From NCBI GenBank assembly GCA_045863855.1, contig BTVV01000059.1:1-35485 (forward strand): a DNA stretch of 35,485 bases. The letters run 5' to 3'. This stretch comes from Planctomycetota bacterium (lineage in GTDB: Bacteria > Planctomycetota > SZUA-567 > H5-PLA8). Shown here one piece after another: positions 20,800 through 30,700 of the stretch (positions within the stretch are counted from its first letter, which is position 1; each line of letters starts with the position of its first letter). The position numbers and the translations under genes were made by a program. A model generated the notes under the pieces. The model worked only from the letters and a program-made list of their open reading frames with translations. It was not told the DNA's origin and searched no databases.

Positions 20800-21579
20800 A
20801 TGGCCCATCGACTCGGCACTGCGGAAGTCGCGGCTTTCGAACGGGACGGCTATCTGATCGTCCCGCAGCTTTTCGACCGCGAAGAGATGGACATGCTGCT
20901 GAACTTCGCCAAGAACGATCCTGCGGTGAGCGCCAAGGCGACCGGGCGCAAAGACGCTCAAGGCGGCATTAGCAAACTGGCGCTCTGGAACGAAGCCGGC
21001 GACGACCTGTACGGGACGATCTCGCGCACCGAGCGGATCGTGAATCCGATGGAACAGTTGCTCGGCGGCGAGGTCTACCACTACCATCACAAAATGATGC
21101 TTAAGGAACCGCGCGTCGGTGGCGCGTGGGAATGGCACCAGGATTACGGCTACTGGTACAACAACGGCTGCCTGTTCCCTTATATGGCGAGTTGTCTGAT
21201 CGCGGTGGACCGCGCGACGAAGGAAAACGGCTGCCTGCAGGTGATCAAGGGCAGCCACCTGATGGGCCGCATCGAGCACGGCAAGTCCGGCGACCAGACC
21301 GGCGCGGACATGGAGCGTGTCGAGGCCGCCCTGAAGCGCATGGAACTCGTCTATTGCGAACTCGAACCGGGCACGGCGCTCTTCTTCCACGGAAACCTGC
21401 TGCACCGCAGCGATCAGAATAAGAGCGAGAATCCGCGCTGGAGCCTGATCTGCTGCTACAATGCCGCGCGGAACGATCCGTACAAGAAGTCGCACCACCC
21501 CAATTACCACAAGCTCGACAAGCTGCCGGATGCCGCCGTGAAGGATTGGGGCCGCAAGCACCAGTTGCTGCCGGCGTGA
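20800..21579 (+). CDS. PhyH-family Fe(II)/2-oxoglutarate dioxygenase
   Basis: [31 protein letters not shown]...R; SD GAGGAG before ATG 20800. Confidence 0.92.
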   Translation: MAHRLGTAEVAAFERDGYLIVPQLFDREEMDMLLNFAKNDPAVSAKATGRKDAQGGISKLALWNEAGDDLYGTISRTERIVNPMEQLLGGEVYHYHHKMMLKEPRVGGAWEWHQDYGYWYNNGCLFPYMASCLIAVDRATKENGCLQVIKGSHLMGRIEHGKSGDQTGADMERVEAALKRMELVYCELEPGTALFFHGNLLHRSDQNKSENPRWSLICCYNAARNDPYKKSHHPNYHKLDKLPDAAVKDWGRKHQLLPA

Positions 21580-21587
21580 GAGTTGGG

Positions 21588-22106
21588 CTAAAGGTCGACC
21601 GGAAGCCCTAACCGCTCGGAAAGCAGTTCGTGAAATTGATCGGCTTCTTGTGCGTCCAGGGTGACACCGAATTTGATTTTCTGGTTGGCGAATCCAAGCC
21701 GCAGGTGACCGCCCACCCCCAGCCATCGGGACAACCGGGAGGGTTCGGCCACGTCCAGGTATTCAACTTCTTTAATCAGGATCACCCGGTTGCGTCCCCA
21801 ACCGAAGAGGCCGCGCTTCAACACCAGTATTTCATCCGTAACGAGAATGCTTTCGCGGCCCCCTAAACGCCATAGCCAGGACCAAATAAGGGGAATGCCC
21901 CAAACCGTCCAAACCGCCCACTTCAATAGATAGAGTGGGTTCTGATCGGTCAGGATGTTCCCATTAAAAATCTTGGGTATCGCAATGTACTCTCCTCGAA
22001 TCCAGAAAAGAAGAGCTCCGGTAAGGAAGATAAAAAACAGGCCTTTATCCGCGTGCCAAACCATTCTCAAGGGCGGTCTGAGGGAAACATTTGAGGAAGG
22101 ATTCAA
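21588..22106 (-). CDS. Hypothetical membrane protein (2 transmembrane helices plus a small beta-rich, PH-like C-terminal domain)
   Basis: Hydrophobic helices then ESILVTDEILVLKRGLFGWG...KIKFGVTLDAQEA; more AT-rich; TTG start uncertain. Confidence 0.6.
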   Translation of the reverse strand: MNPSSNVSLRPPLRMVWHADKGLFFIFLTGALLFWIRGEYIAIPKIFNGNILTDQNPLYLLKWAVWTVWGIPLIWSWLWRLGGRESILVTDEILVLKRGLFGWGRNRVILIKEVEYLDVAEPSRLSRWLGVGGHLRLGFANQKIKFGVTLDAQEADQFHELLSERLGLPVDL

Positions 22107-22205
22107 GTAGGCGGCTCGACGTGCCTGAAGTGGCCCTTTGTTTAGATGGAATCACCCCAGCTTGCAAGAGGTTATTACCTCGTATCAGGAAGCACCGAGC
22201 CCGCG

Positions 22206-23924
22206 CTACTTCCCATCCAACTCTTTTCGAATCATTGCCCAAAAGGCTTTCGCGTTAAGCGTGCTCGTGCGGATACGATGAATCATCTTACGGATCCGCT
22301 CATGCTTATCGGGGCGTTGCATCACAACCAACATGCCGTTGTACTCTTCGATACTGGTCCCCACATTCGGATCCCAGCTTTCAGGCGCAATGACATTTCG
22401 CAGCAGGTCGGCGATGGGCGCGGGACCCCATCCTCGCTCGGCCTGCGCCGAAATATCTCGGACATCGTAAATACCCAACTCAACCGCTTCGAAGGTGAAC
22501 TGGGGCATCGTGATCCAGATCGCTCCGTCGAGAACCGCATAATCCAACCCAGCGGGCTTCAGGATCGCTTGCAGCACATCTTCAAGAGGCTTGTTGTCGC
22601 AAAGGATCGTTACCGCTTGCGGCATCTTCGAGATGCGCGGATCCACAACAACCGTGATATTCGTTAAAGTTTGAAGGGCATTTGCCACCCAGTCCAGATC
22701 GGCATTATTAAAGTCCATCGTCACTTTTTCCTCACGGACCAACCGGAGCAGTTCGTCCTGTGCCATACGTTCGGCCTTAGACAATCGGTCGATACGATAG
22801 GCGCAGTAGTCCGGCCCGAAAACGGCCGGTCGCGGTTCGCTCGAACGCCACATGGACTCGCGGAGTTGGGCCAGAACGTTCCGCACGGATTCGTGGCTCG
22901 ACCGGCCGACGGTCACCACTAGACGCTGACCTTCGTTCCGGCAGACGGCCTCCGGACGGGCGAACGCCACATGCAGGATGCGGCCCGGTATCAAATGAGC
23001 GAGGTCCGAAGCTTGCAAGCCTACGCCTAAGGGCATATCGCGCAGATCGTACACTTCCTGAGTCATGCGTTCCCGGGCCCTGCCGGGAACCACCAGACGC
23101 GCTCCCAGCCCGTCCACTTCTGTCACTAGGTTAGACCAGCGCGCCAGCCACCGCAGCGCGTGGCGCGCAGTCATCCCTTCTGTTTTCAACGTCAGCAACG
23201 TTGCGGGTACGACCGGAGCACTTTCGAAAGATACTTGCTGAATGGGGATACCCGTCGCTTTGCTCCACAATGCCAACGCATCCCGGAGCGGCATTTTCTC
23301 GATTTTCAGGTCTATAGGCCGATCGAGCAGATGAACGTAGCGCGCTTCGTCGTGCTCCAGAATCAGCGCCTGTAAGCGCATGCGAACCTCGGGGTCTTTC
23401 GTCTTCTCCAGCCCGTTGCGCAGAATCGGTAGGACGGCTTCGCCCATACCCCTCAAGGCCGCCTGCGCCCGGTCGCGCTCCTCCGGATGATCGGACGCCA
23501 AGGCCTCGATGTGTCGCCGCACCGCGTCTTCGTCCACTTCGAAGACCGGCTTGGGCGGAGCAACCTCTGCCTCCTCGTCTTCGGGACCGCCCAGCGCCGG
23601 CGGCAGCCCTTGAACGTCGGGATGCGGCGCTTCAGGCTTCGCGATCTGCGCCTGCTGGCCCAGCAGCCAGACGAACAGCGCCGCCGTCGCCACCACCAGC
23701 GCCGCAGCGCTGACGATCCAGGTAAAGGTCCCGCCGGACGGGCGCACCGGCAACCGAACGGATGAACGGTTCAGCCGTTCCGCGAGCGCCGCACCGAAAC
23801 GCGCGGATTCGGCGTGCGGGCCTGACACTTCCCGGCCCGCACCAGCGGCGTCTAACTGGGCCAGAAACTTTGCGCCCTCGGCTTCGGTAAGGTCGGGCGT
23901 CGCTTGCGAGCGGTCAGCACTCAT
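22206..23924 (-). CDS. Putative anti-sigma factor: short cytoplasmic domain, transmembrane helix, HEAT repeat and two STN/secretin-N-like modules
   Basis: Overlaps the ECF sigma gene by 11 bp; single transmembrane helix; LASDHPEERDRAQAAL HEAT-like; VTMDFNNADL..KPLEDVLQAILKPAGLDY; IAPESWD..LVVMQRPDKHERI. Confidence 0.7.
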   Translation of the reverse strand: MSADRSQATPDLTEAEGAKFLAQLDAAGAGREVSGPHAESARFGAALAERLNRSSVRLPVRPSGGTFTWIVSAAALVVATAALFVWLLGQQAQIAKPEAPHPDVQGLPPALGGPEDEEAEVAPPKPVFEVDEDAVRRHIEALASDHPEERDRAQAALRGMGEAVLPILRNGLEKTKDPEVRMRLQALILEHDEARYVHLLDRPIDLKIEKMPLRDALALWSKATGIPIQQVSFESAPVVPATLLTLKTEGMTARHALRWLARWSNLVTEVDGLGARLVVPGRARERMTQEVYDLRDMPLGVGLQASDLAHLIPGRILHVAFARPEAVCRNEGQRLVVTVGRSSHESVRNVLAQLRESMWRSSEPRPAVFGPDYCAYRIDRLSKAERMAQDELLRLVREEKVTMDFNNADLDWVANALQTLTNITVVVDPRISKMPQAVTILCDNKPLEDVLQAILKPAGLDYAVLDGAIWITMPQFTFEAVELGIYDVRDISAQAERGWGPAPIADLLRNVIAPESWDPNVGTSIEEYNGMLVVMQRPDKHERIRKMIHRIRTSTLNAKAFWAMIRKELDGK

Positions 23925-24447
23925 GGCCTTGTTCCTCCAACGTGCGGCGTACTTTCTTGAGCGCGCGATGCAGCAGCACGCCCAGATGACCGGGCGTTAC
24001 GCCCAACAGTGCGGCAATCTCGTCGTTTCCGTAAGCGCCGGCGAATTTGAGCCAGATCGCCTCGCGTTCCGGTTCGGCAAGCTGGGCGATGGCCTGGCGC
24101 GCGGCGGCGGTCAATTCGCGCTCGGCACTGAGCGACTCGGGCGAAGGCTCGGCCGTCTGGGCGCGCGGTGCGGCTTCGAGCCGCGCTTGGCCGCGGCGTT
24201 CGACCGTACGCCTGCGAAAATGCATGGCGATGCGGCTGCGCGCGATGGCGAAAAGCCAGGCGCGGAGTTCCCGGCCGTCGAACTGCTCCCGGCGCGACCA
24301 GGCTTGCGCGAGGATCTCCTGAGCCAGATCCTCCGCATCCCGCGATCCAACGGCCGCACGCAGCAAGCGCCTCAGCCGCGGAGCCTCTTCGAGGCAAGCG
24401 GTTTCGAATTCGGCCCGCGGTGGAGGTGCGCTCATGGTCGGCATCAT
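23914..24447 (-). CDS. ECF RNA polymerase sigma factor
   Basis: DAEDLAQE, WLFAIARS (region 2); LAEPEREAIWLK..EIAALLGVTPGHLGVLLHRA (region 4.2); start at 24447, 24444 or 24435. Confidence 0.92.
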   Translation of the reverse strand: MMPTMSAPPPRAEFETACLEEAPRLRRLLRAAVGSRDAEDLAQEILAQAWSRREQFDGRELRAWLFAIARSRIAMHFRRRTVERRGQARLEAAPRAQTAEPSPESLSAERELTAAARQAIAQLAEPEREAIWLKFAGAYGNDEIAALLGVTPGHLGVLLHRALKKVRRTLEEQGHEC

Positions 24448-24593
24448 ATCGGTTCCGCGTCTTTCGGAAGTAAATGCTCCGGGGCCTGGCGCATTACAGA
24501 AATTATGCAGGATTCCTAAACGCTCCTCCGGCATGCGCTTGCCTTCGTTCGGGGCGGAGTAAGCTAGCAGCCTGAAGGATAAGGAGATCGGGC

Positions 24594-25073
24594 GTGAGCG
24601 ACCAAACGGCTTTATCCGAAGCGCAACACAAGCAATGCGCGCTGGAACTGAACAAGCTGACCTGGAAGTGGCTCGACCTCCACGACCGCACCGAGGATCA
24701 GGACCGCCTGATGATCCATGCGGCGCACGGATCGTGCTTTCACTGGAGCCGCGCCGGGGGCGGCGTGCAGCAGCAGCGCGGCGAGTGGCTCGTCGCACGC
24801 GTCTACGCGGTCTTGGAGCATCCCGAGGCGGCGCTGTATCACGCGCGGCGCTGCATGGAGTTTACCGAGGCGCATAAGGCCGAACTGAAGGACTTCGATC
24901 TCGCCTACGCGCAAGAAGGGCTCGCCCGCGCGCTGGCCGCCGCCGGCTTGAAGGACGAAGCGCGCTCGCATTTCGTGCAGGCGCAGATCCTGGGGGACAA
25001 GATCGCCGATCCCGAGGACCGCAAAATCTTCCAGAACGACTTCGCCGCCGATCCGTGGTACGGGCTGCGTTGA
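24594..25073 (+). CDS. Conserved hypothetical helical (TPR-like) protein
   Basis: Strong SD TAAGGAG; host-like codon usage; MIHAAHGSCFHW..RGEWLVARVYA resembles a widespread uncharacterised family (from recall). Confidence 0.8.
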   Translation: MSDQTALSEAQHKQCALELNKLTWKWLDLHDRTEDQDRLMIHAAHGSCFHWSRAGGGVQQQRGEWLVARVYAVLEHPEAALYHARRCMEFTEAHKAELKDFDLAYAQEGLARALAAAGLKDEARSHFVQAQILGDKIADPEDRKIFQNDFAADPWYGLR

Positions 25074-25089
25074 CGGGTAAGGCATCGGC

Positions 25090-25167
25090 TCACCACTTAG
25101 TCACAGCGCGCGCGGCTCATGTTCCGATTAGAGCGATTTTCCGCGTGCTCAGTGATCTCCGAGGTGA
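25090..25167. repeat. Degenerate REP-like inverted repeat
   Basis: Left arm 25090-25115 vs reverse complement of 25141-25167: 20 of 27 aligned positions identical by manual alignment. Confidence 0.45.
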
Positions 25168-25257
25168 ATCCGCCGTTCGCCAAAAGGCCCGTGCATCAGC
25201 ATGGGCTTGGAATAGACTCGCGCTTCCTGGCAGCCATACCTTATCAAGGAGCAGACG

Positions 25258-25944
25258 ATGGACCTCGAAGCGCTCAAAGCGCAAGCCGCCAAGCAGGCCG
25301 CCGCACACATCCAATCGGGCATGATCGTCGGCCTCGGCACCGGATCGACCTCGAAGTACCTCGTCGACGAACTGGGCCGCCGGCTTAAAGAAGAGGGCCT
25401 CAAGATCACGGGCGTGCCGACGAGCGAACGGACGGCCGCGCAGGCCAAGAGCCTCGGCATCCCGCTCGCCACGCTGGAGGAAAAGCCCAAGCTGGACGTA
25501 GCCGTCGACGGCGCCGACGAGATCGAACTGGGCACCCTGGATCTGGTGAAGGGCGCGGGCGGAGCGCTCCTGCGCGAGCGGTTGGTCGAAGCCGCGGCCG
25601 CGCGCTTCATCGTCATCGCCGACGAAACCAAGAAAGTCGAGAAGCTGGGAACGAAGTTCCGCGTGCCGGTGGAAGTCGTCCGCTTCGGCTGGAAGAGCAC
25701 GTTCTCGCGCCTGGAAGCGCTGGGCGTGAAGCCCGAACGGCGCGAGACCAACGGGCAGCCCTTCATCACCGACGAACAGCACTACATCCTGGATTGCGCC
25801 ACCGGCCCGATCCCCGACGCGCGCAAGCTCGCCGCGCAGATCAAAGCCTTGGCCGGCGTGGTCGACCATGGACTTTTTATCGGCATGGCCAGCATCTGCT
25901 ACGTCGCCGGCTCGAAGGGCGTGGAGGTACTGGAGAAGAAGTAG
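25258..25944 (+). CDS. rpiA: Ribose-5-phosphate isomerase A
   Basis: GLGTGST, VPTS, DGADE, KGAGGALLRE, PVEV, GVVDHGLF; SD AAGGAG. Confidence 0.97.
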   Translation: MDLEALKAQAAKQAAAHIQSGMIVGLGTGSTSKYLVDELGRRLKEEGLKITGVPTSERTAAQAKSLGIPLATLEEKPKLDVAVDGADEIELGTLDLVKGAGGALLRERLVEAAAARFIVIADETKKVEKLGTKFRVPVEVVRFGWKSTFSRLEALGVKPERRETNGQPFITDEQHYILDCATGPIPDARKLAAQIKALAGVVDHGLFIGMASICYVAGSKGVEVLEKK

Positions 25945-26024
25945 CGCGGCTTGATAATTCGTCGGTCAGCGCGTATTACTACCATCGCCGCGCGTGCCGC
26001 GCGTCCTGCCTTGGCCGTACCCTT

Positions 26025-26099
26025 TACCGGGTGGTGTAATCGGTAACACAGAGGTTTTTGGTACCTCCATTCCAGGTTCGAGTCCTGGCCCGGTAACCA
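26025..26099 (+). tRNA. tRNA-Gln (anticodon TTG)
   Basis: Acceptor stem TACCGGG/CCCGGTA, anticodon arm GAGGT-TTTTGGT-ACCTC, T arm CCAGG-TTCGAGT-CCTGG, encoded CCA. Confidence 0.97.
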
Positions 26100-26247
26100 A
26101 CACAAAGAGTTACAAGAACGGACTGGCAGAACCGCAGTCCGGTCAAATTTTCTCACAAGCCGGACACCCCAACGAATTTACGCCCGAAATCAAGGGCGAA
26201 TTGCGGACGATTCCCGGACAAGGTGCGTCCCATTCCGGACGCGATGC

Positions 26248-26277
26248 GAGCACAATAGGAACACAACGGGAGCACAG
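26248..26277 (+). repeat. Three 8-bp direct repeats at 11-bp period (integrase arm-type-site-like)
   Basis: GAGCACAA(26248) GAACACAA(26259) GAGCACAG(26270). Confidence 0.6.
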
Positions 26278-26644
26278 CGGTTCGACGCTGGCGGACTTGC
26301 GCCGTGCCGTGGCGGACTGTTCCGACCTGCCCGATGCGATTCGAGCGGGCATCCTGGCCATGCTTTCCAGCGTCCAGCCCAACCACGAGGGATAGCCATG
26401 GCAATAGCGATTCCTGAGAGCCTGGAGCGACTTTGGAAGCGGAAGGTACATTTCCCGGTTTCATCGCTGATCGTTGTTCAGAACGCAGCAGAAGCGCGTT
26501 CCTGACGCCCCTGGCAGGGCTGATCGTGTCCAGTCATGTCTGAAACGCCACAGACCTGTGGCTTGCCACTACCGAGTCCGACGCTCTGCCATGCGCGCCC
26601 ATGTGACCAGGCCGCACGCTTGGGATTGAAAGGCATGAACGCCG

Positions 26645-26725
26645 AAAAGCGGATGGTGGGGTCCCACGAAGAGGGGACCCATTGCTTCCAGAATCTTACC
26701 CGACCCCCCAGCCCTGTTTGGGGTC
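26645..26725 (-). terminator. Twin hairpins downstream of the island ORFans; possible terminator
   Basis: GACCCC/GGGGTC (26702-26725) and GGGTCCC/GGGACCC (26659-26680), followed on the minus strand by GCTTTTC. Confidence 0.35.
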
Positions 26726-26737
26726 AACCTCCTCCAG

Positions 26738-27121
26738 TTAACTCCGGCGCGAAGCGACGCCTTCCTTGCGATAAGTTGACTGATCTGCCCCTACTACATA
26801 TGAACTGTCTTTCAGGAATACTCCTTCGGCCATCTGCGAAGCGGGATCAATGGGTACTCTCCCCGCATCCAATATGCGAAAAATTTCTTCTCGAGCTAAG
26901 TTCAATACTGTGTGCGTATACATGCAATCCGTGCAGTGTTTCGAGCGAAGAATAGTTTGAAATGAGGCAATGGCGACCCCCAAAGCGAGTACGAGATGCT
27001 CTCTGCTTTTACAAGGACTGGCCACTCTTTCGCTTTGATTCAGCGCCTTGTTTTTGAGGGCATCCGCGAACGCTTTCTCGCCGCCGGCCACCGCAGCCTT
27101 TATGAGTTCCTCGTGAGTCAT
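26738..27121 (-). CDS. Hypothetical protein (island ORFan, HCxxC motif)
   Basis: SD GGAG 9 nt before ATG; 127 aa; same strand as the defence operon. Confidence 0.55.
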   Translation of the reverse strand: MTHEELIKAAVAGGEKAFADALKNKALNQSERVASPCKSREHLVLALGVAIASFQTILRSKHCTDCMYTHTVLNLAREEIFRILDAGRVPIDPASQMAEGVFLKDSSYVVGADQSTYRKEGVASRRS

Positions 27122-27181
27122 GGGTTATATCTCCAATCGGAAACCCCTGTAAACGCGAAGGCTTCAAGCCCCGCACTCAAT

Positions 27182-27526
27182 TTAGTGGCCTTCAAGCGCT
27201 CTCCGCATGGCGAGCAGCAACTCCTCGCACTTGCCATGCTGTCCGGCATGAAGCGCTGCAATGGCCATGTTAACGCCTTCCTCGATGGAGTCGGCGGAGC
27301 GGAAAGAGTTTGAATAGCATGGCTTGAAATGATGCAGCATGAACTTGATTGTGTCCGTGACATCGGCCTCATCGATCATTGCTGAGGGATAGTCATGGGG
27401 TGGAATACCCAAGTAGAACTTGTTCCCTGGACCGTATTCAACCCAGAGACCACCAAATCGGAGCTTAGTCGGGCTCAGCAGTCTTCCGAGGTGGTAGGGC
27501 TCCCCCGCTGCCACAAGCATCTTCAT
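27182..27526 (-). CDS. Hypothetical protein (island ORFan)
   Basis: Strong SD GGGAGGT 8 nt before ATG; 114 aa. Confidence 0.55.
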   Translation of the reverse strand: MKMLVAAGEPYHLGRLLSPTKLRFGGLWVEYGPGNKFYLGIPPHDYPSAMIDEADVTDTIKFMLHHFKPCYSNSFRSADSIEEGVNMAIAALHAGQHGKCEELLLAMRRALEGH

Positions 27527-27716
27527 GTGTCGCTACCTCCCAATTGGCCACGATATGGCGACCATAGGAGTATAGAACCATTTCACTGTTAAATTGTCCA
27601 CGCCTGGCCGAGGGATTGGGAAGCGTACAAAGTCCTTCTTTCGGCACGCGAGAGCCTAGCGCCATTACCATGGTCCGAGGACGGTTGATGTGCGCCTTTC
27701 TATGACTGCGATTCTT

Positions 27717-30700
27717 CTACTCTTCCTCAAATCCCTGACTTGTGAACTTCAGCGTCCGGCTGTTCTCCGTGACCGTACGAACCACGTTGTCCGGCGCGCC
27801 GTTGGGGATCTTGGCCTCGATTTCAAGCGTTACGGTAACTTGGGCGTCCATGAGACCAGCCAAGTGTGAGATCACCTCATCGGCGATACGCCCCGCATCA
27901 CGGCCTACGCGGGCAGTATCCAGGATGATCGTTCCGTGGAATCGCTTCGGCTTGGGCGGCTCCTTCGCGACTCCGGGTTGACCTGTGCCGCCTGCCCCGG
28001 TCCCGGTCGCGCCTCCTCCGGAAGCGCCGCCCACGGCTTTCGTTCGGGATGACGAGCCAGGCTTCGCGACTTCCGTTTCTGCTTGCGCTTCGGCGATATC
28101 GGGCTTGACGAGCAGCCCCGGCACATCGCAATCGGGTATGGGGACGTTCTGGCCGGTGCGCAGGCCCCGGTAACGCTTCCCAACTTCGTCGTAGCTCTCG
28201 GAGTAGGCGAAGGCTTCCTTGTGCCAGGTGAGCAGCCCTACCCCGGCACGGATCGCACCCAAAAGCACCTCCGGATCCTGCAAGCGCGGAAGGTACAGGT
28301 AGCGGGCGAAGTCCTCCGCGAGTTGCTTGATCTCAACGTGGTTTCCCCGCCAAAGCGGCACACGATCCAACTCCATGCGCAGGCGCGTGGCCGCAAAAGA
28401 GGTGATCAGCAACTCGTCGTTGCGCAGCTTTTTGCTGGCACGTACCGCCAGCGCGTCCTGGCTGGAGACCTTGATCGCTTCCCAAGTGATCGGGGCCTGG
28501 GGATTCTCCTGCTTGGGCACCAATAGCCATTGGTACGCTTCGGGAATCCGAGCCGTTACCACGCTGTGGGCGGACTTTTTCTGCGTTTCAGCCTGCTTAA
28601 ATTGGTGCGGATCAAGATTCAACTCTTGGTGTTCGCTTACTATGGAAGCCCAAGCCAGATAGCGGCGGACGGCCTCGTCCAGTTCCTGAAGCCGGGTCTT
28701 GTCCACAGCCAGGAAGATCAGCGTGTTGCGATACAGGCGTGGCGAATTGCCGCGCATCTCCAGGATCGCCTTGGCAGCGGCAATCGCCGCGTTGTCCGGT
28801 TCCTTGGTGTAGGGATGGTCCACCCCCAGCACCACCAGCCGGGTGTCGCGGTCGTCCGGCACGTCTTGACCGGACTGCGGCAAGGGATGCACGCGGCAGA
28901 AGTCTCCGGCTTGGCGCAGGTCCTCGCGCAACCGGCTGTCTATCTCCTTCACCACCGCATCCGTGTTGCGCTTGTATTGCTCGGCGCGGTCCTCGGCCAG
29001 CTTGGTAACCGTGGGCTGCGTCGAATACCAATAGCGGGGTCCGTCCTGGTAAAGATACGTGGCCGCGCCTGCCAACCGCCGCAACCCATCACCGAAGACG
29101 GCCGGCGATTCGCCCGGCATCACGCAGCCCAGCTTCACGCGCCGGTCTTCCAAGCCGCGATTGGCCGCGCCGGCAGTTGGCGCCGAGCCCATATAGATCG
29201 TGCGCGCCACGCGCCGGCAGGCTGAGAATTTGCCCAGGTTCGGCACCTCACCGTCCAGGCGCAGCGGAAGCGAGTGCGGGCCGTCCACGTCCTTCTCAAT
29301 TACCGGCACCCAGTTGTCCGAAAGATACCGGGTCAGCTCGAACTGCACGCGCGGATCGTCGATGGGGATATTCGCCGGCATGATCAGCGGGTTGCGGTCG
29401 CCTTTCTCATAAAGGCTATGGATCACCGCCGCCATCAGGCGCAGCACGCCGCGCGTGCGTTGGAACTTCACCAGAGTGGACCAGTCGTTGTAGAGCCGGT
29501 CGAAGACTTCGGGGTGGATCGGGTAGGCGCCCTTGATCCGGTCCTCGTAATCGCTGTCTCGGCTGTCGGGCGGGAATTCGGCCTGCTGCGTCCGGTACAT
29601 GTCGTAGAACTCGCGGGCTACCGTATCCCGAGCGACATGATCTTCCCGTGAGGTAATGGGCTCAAAGAGACGCCGTCGCACGATCTCGAAGCCTTCTTCC
29701 GCACTGGCTGGCCGCCACGAAGATTCCACGCGCCCAATCACGTTGCGCAAGCGGTCCAGGGCTTCCCGGCCGCGCTGCCCGCCTACTTCCACATCGTCGG
29801 ATTGGGTATGCGGCGAGCCCGACATGTCCGAGGCCGGCAAGCTGACGACCAGCAGGCAACTCTTGGCCAGCTTGGCCGATTCGGTGAGGACCTGGGCAAA
29901 GGAGAACTGAGTCTCGAAGCTCCCAGCGGGCAAGTCCGAGGAATCGTGAAGCTGCCGAGCGTAGGCCACCCATTCGTCGATCAGGACCATGCACGGGCCG
30001 TAGTCGTTGAAGAGGCCGCGCAGCGCGTCGCCGGGGCTGGTGGCTTTCTCGTCGTCGGCCTGGATGCGCTTGAACGCCTTCTTGGCTTCCTTGGCGCCGC
30101 CCGCCGCGTTCCCGAGCTGCCAGGCCAGTTCGCCCCATAGCGTCCGAATCTCCGTACCGTCCGGTTTCTTCGACGGGTTGCCGGGGGATATCTTGTTCCC
30201 GACCAGCACGACGCGATTGACGCTCGGTAGCTTTTGAACTTCGGCGGCCTGGAGCACCTCGTCGATGCCCGGCAGTTCCGCAGGCGAAGTGCCGCTGAAG
30301 AGGTGGTAGAGCGCCAGCATGCTGTGCGTCTTGCCGCCGCCGAAGTTGGTCTGGAGCTGCACCACCGGATCGCCGCCCTTACCCGAGATGCGCTGCACGG
30401 ATCCAACCAAAAGGCGCTTCAGGCTTTCGGTCAGGTAGGTACGCCGGAAGAACTCGACGGGCTTGCGGTACTCGTCGCTGCCTTCCCCTTCGTGGACCTG
30501 CCAAAGGTCGGCGGCAAACTCGGCCTGCTGGTACTTCCCGCTGGCCACGTCCTTGTGCGGATTCACGACTTCGCGCCAAGGCTTCAGGTTTCCCGCGGCC
30601 TGGCTCTCGATGGCCGATCCGGCGCTCTTGCGCTTCTCCGTGCGCATCTGCTCATCGAAGCGGACGCGCTGCAATTCCATCATCTGCTTTTCCACTTCTT

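Noticed and set aside
24465..24500. Possible autoregulatory ECF promoter (TGTAAT...CATTTACT) upstream of the sigma gene
   Set aside because: ECF group unknown and no second copy seen in the window; too weak to call.
25994..26395. 133-aa ORF spanning the tRNA
   Set aside because: Runs through tRNA-Gln; only the last roughly 35 codons look protein-like, and these are treated as a finding.
27122..27134. GGAGATATAACCC resembling the T7 gene 10/pET ribosome-binding site
   Set aside because: Imperfect short match with no other vector sequence; taken as a natural SD, not contamination.
26536..27313. Plus-strand ORFs 26536..26955 and 26996..27313
   Set aside because: No SD, and they overlap minus-strand ORFs with better initiation signals.
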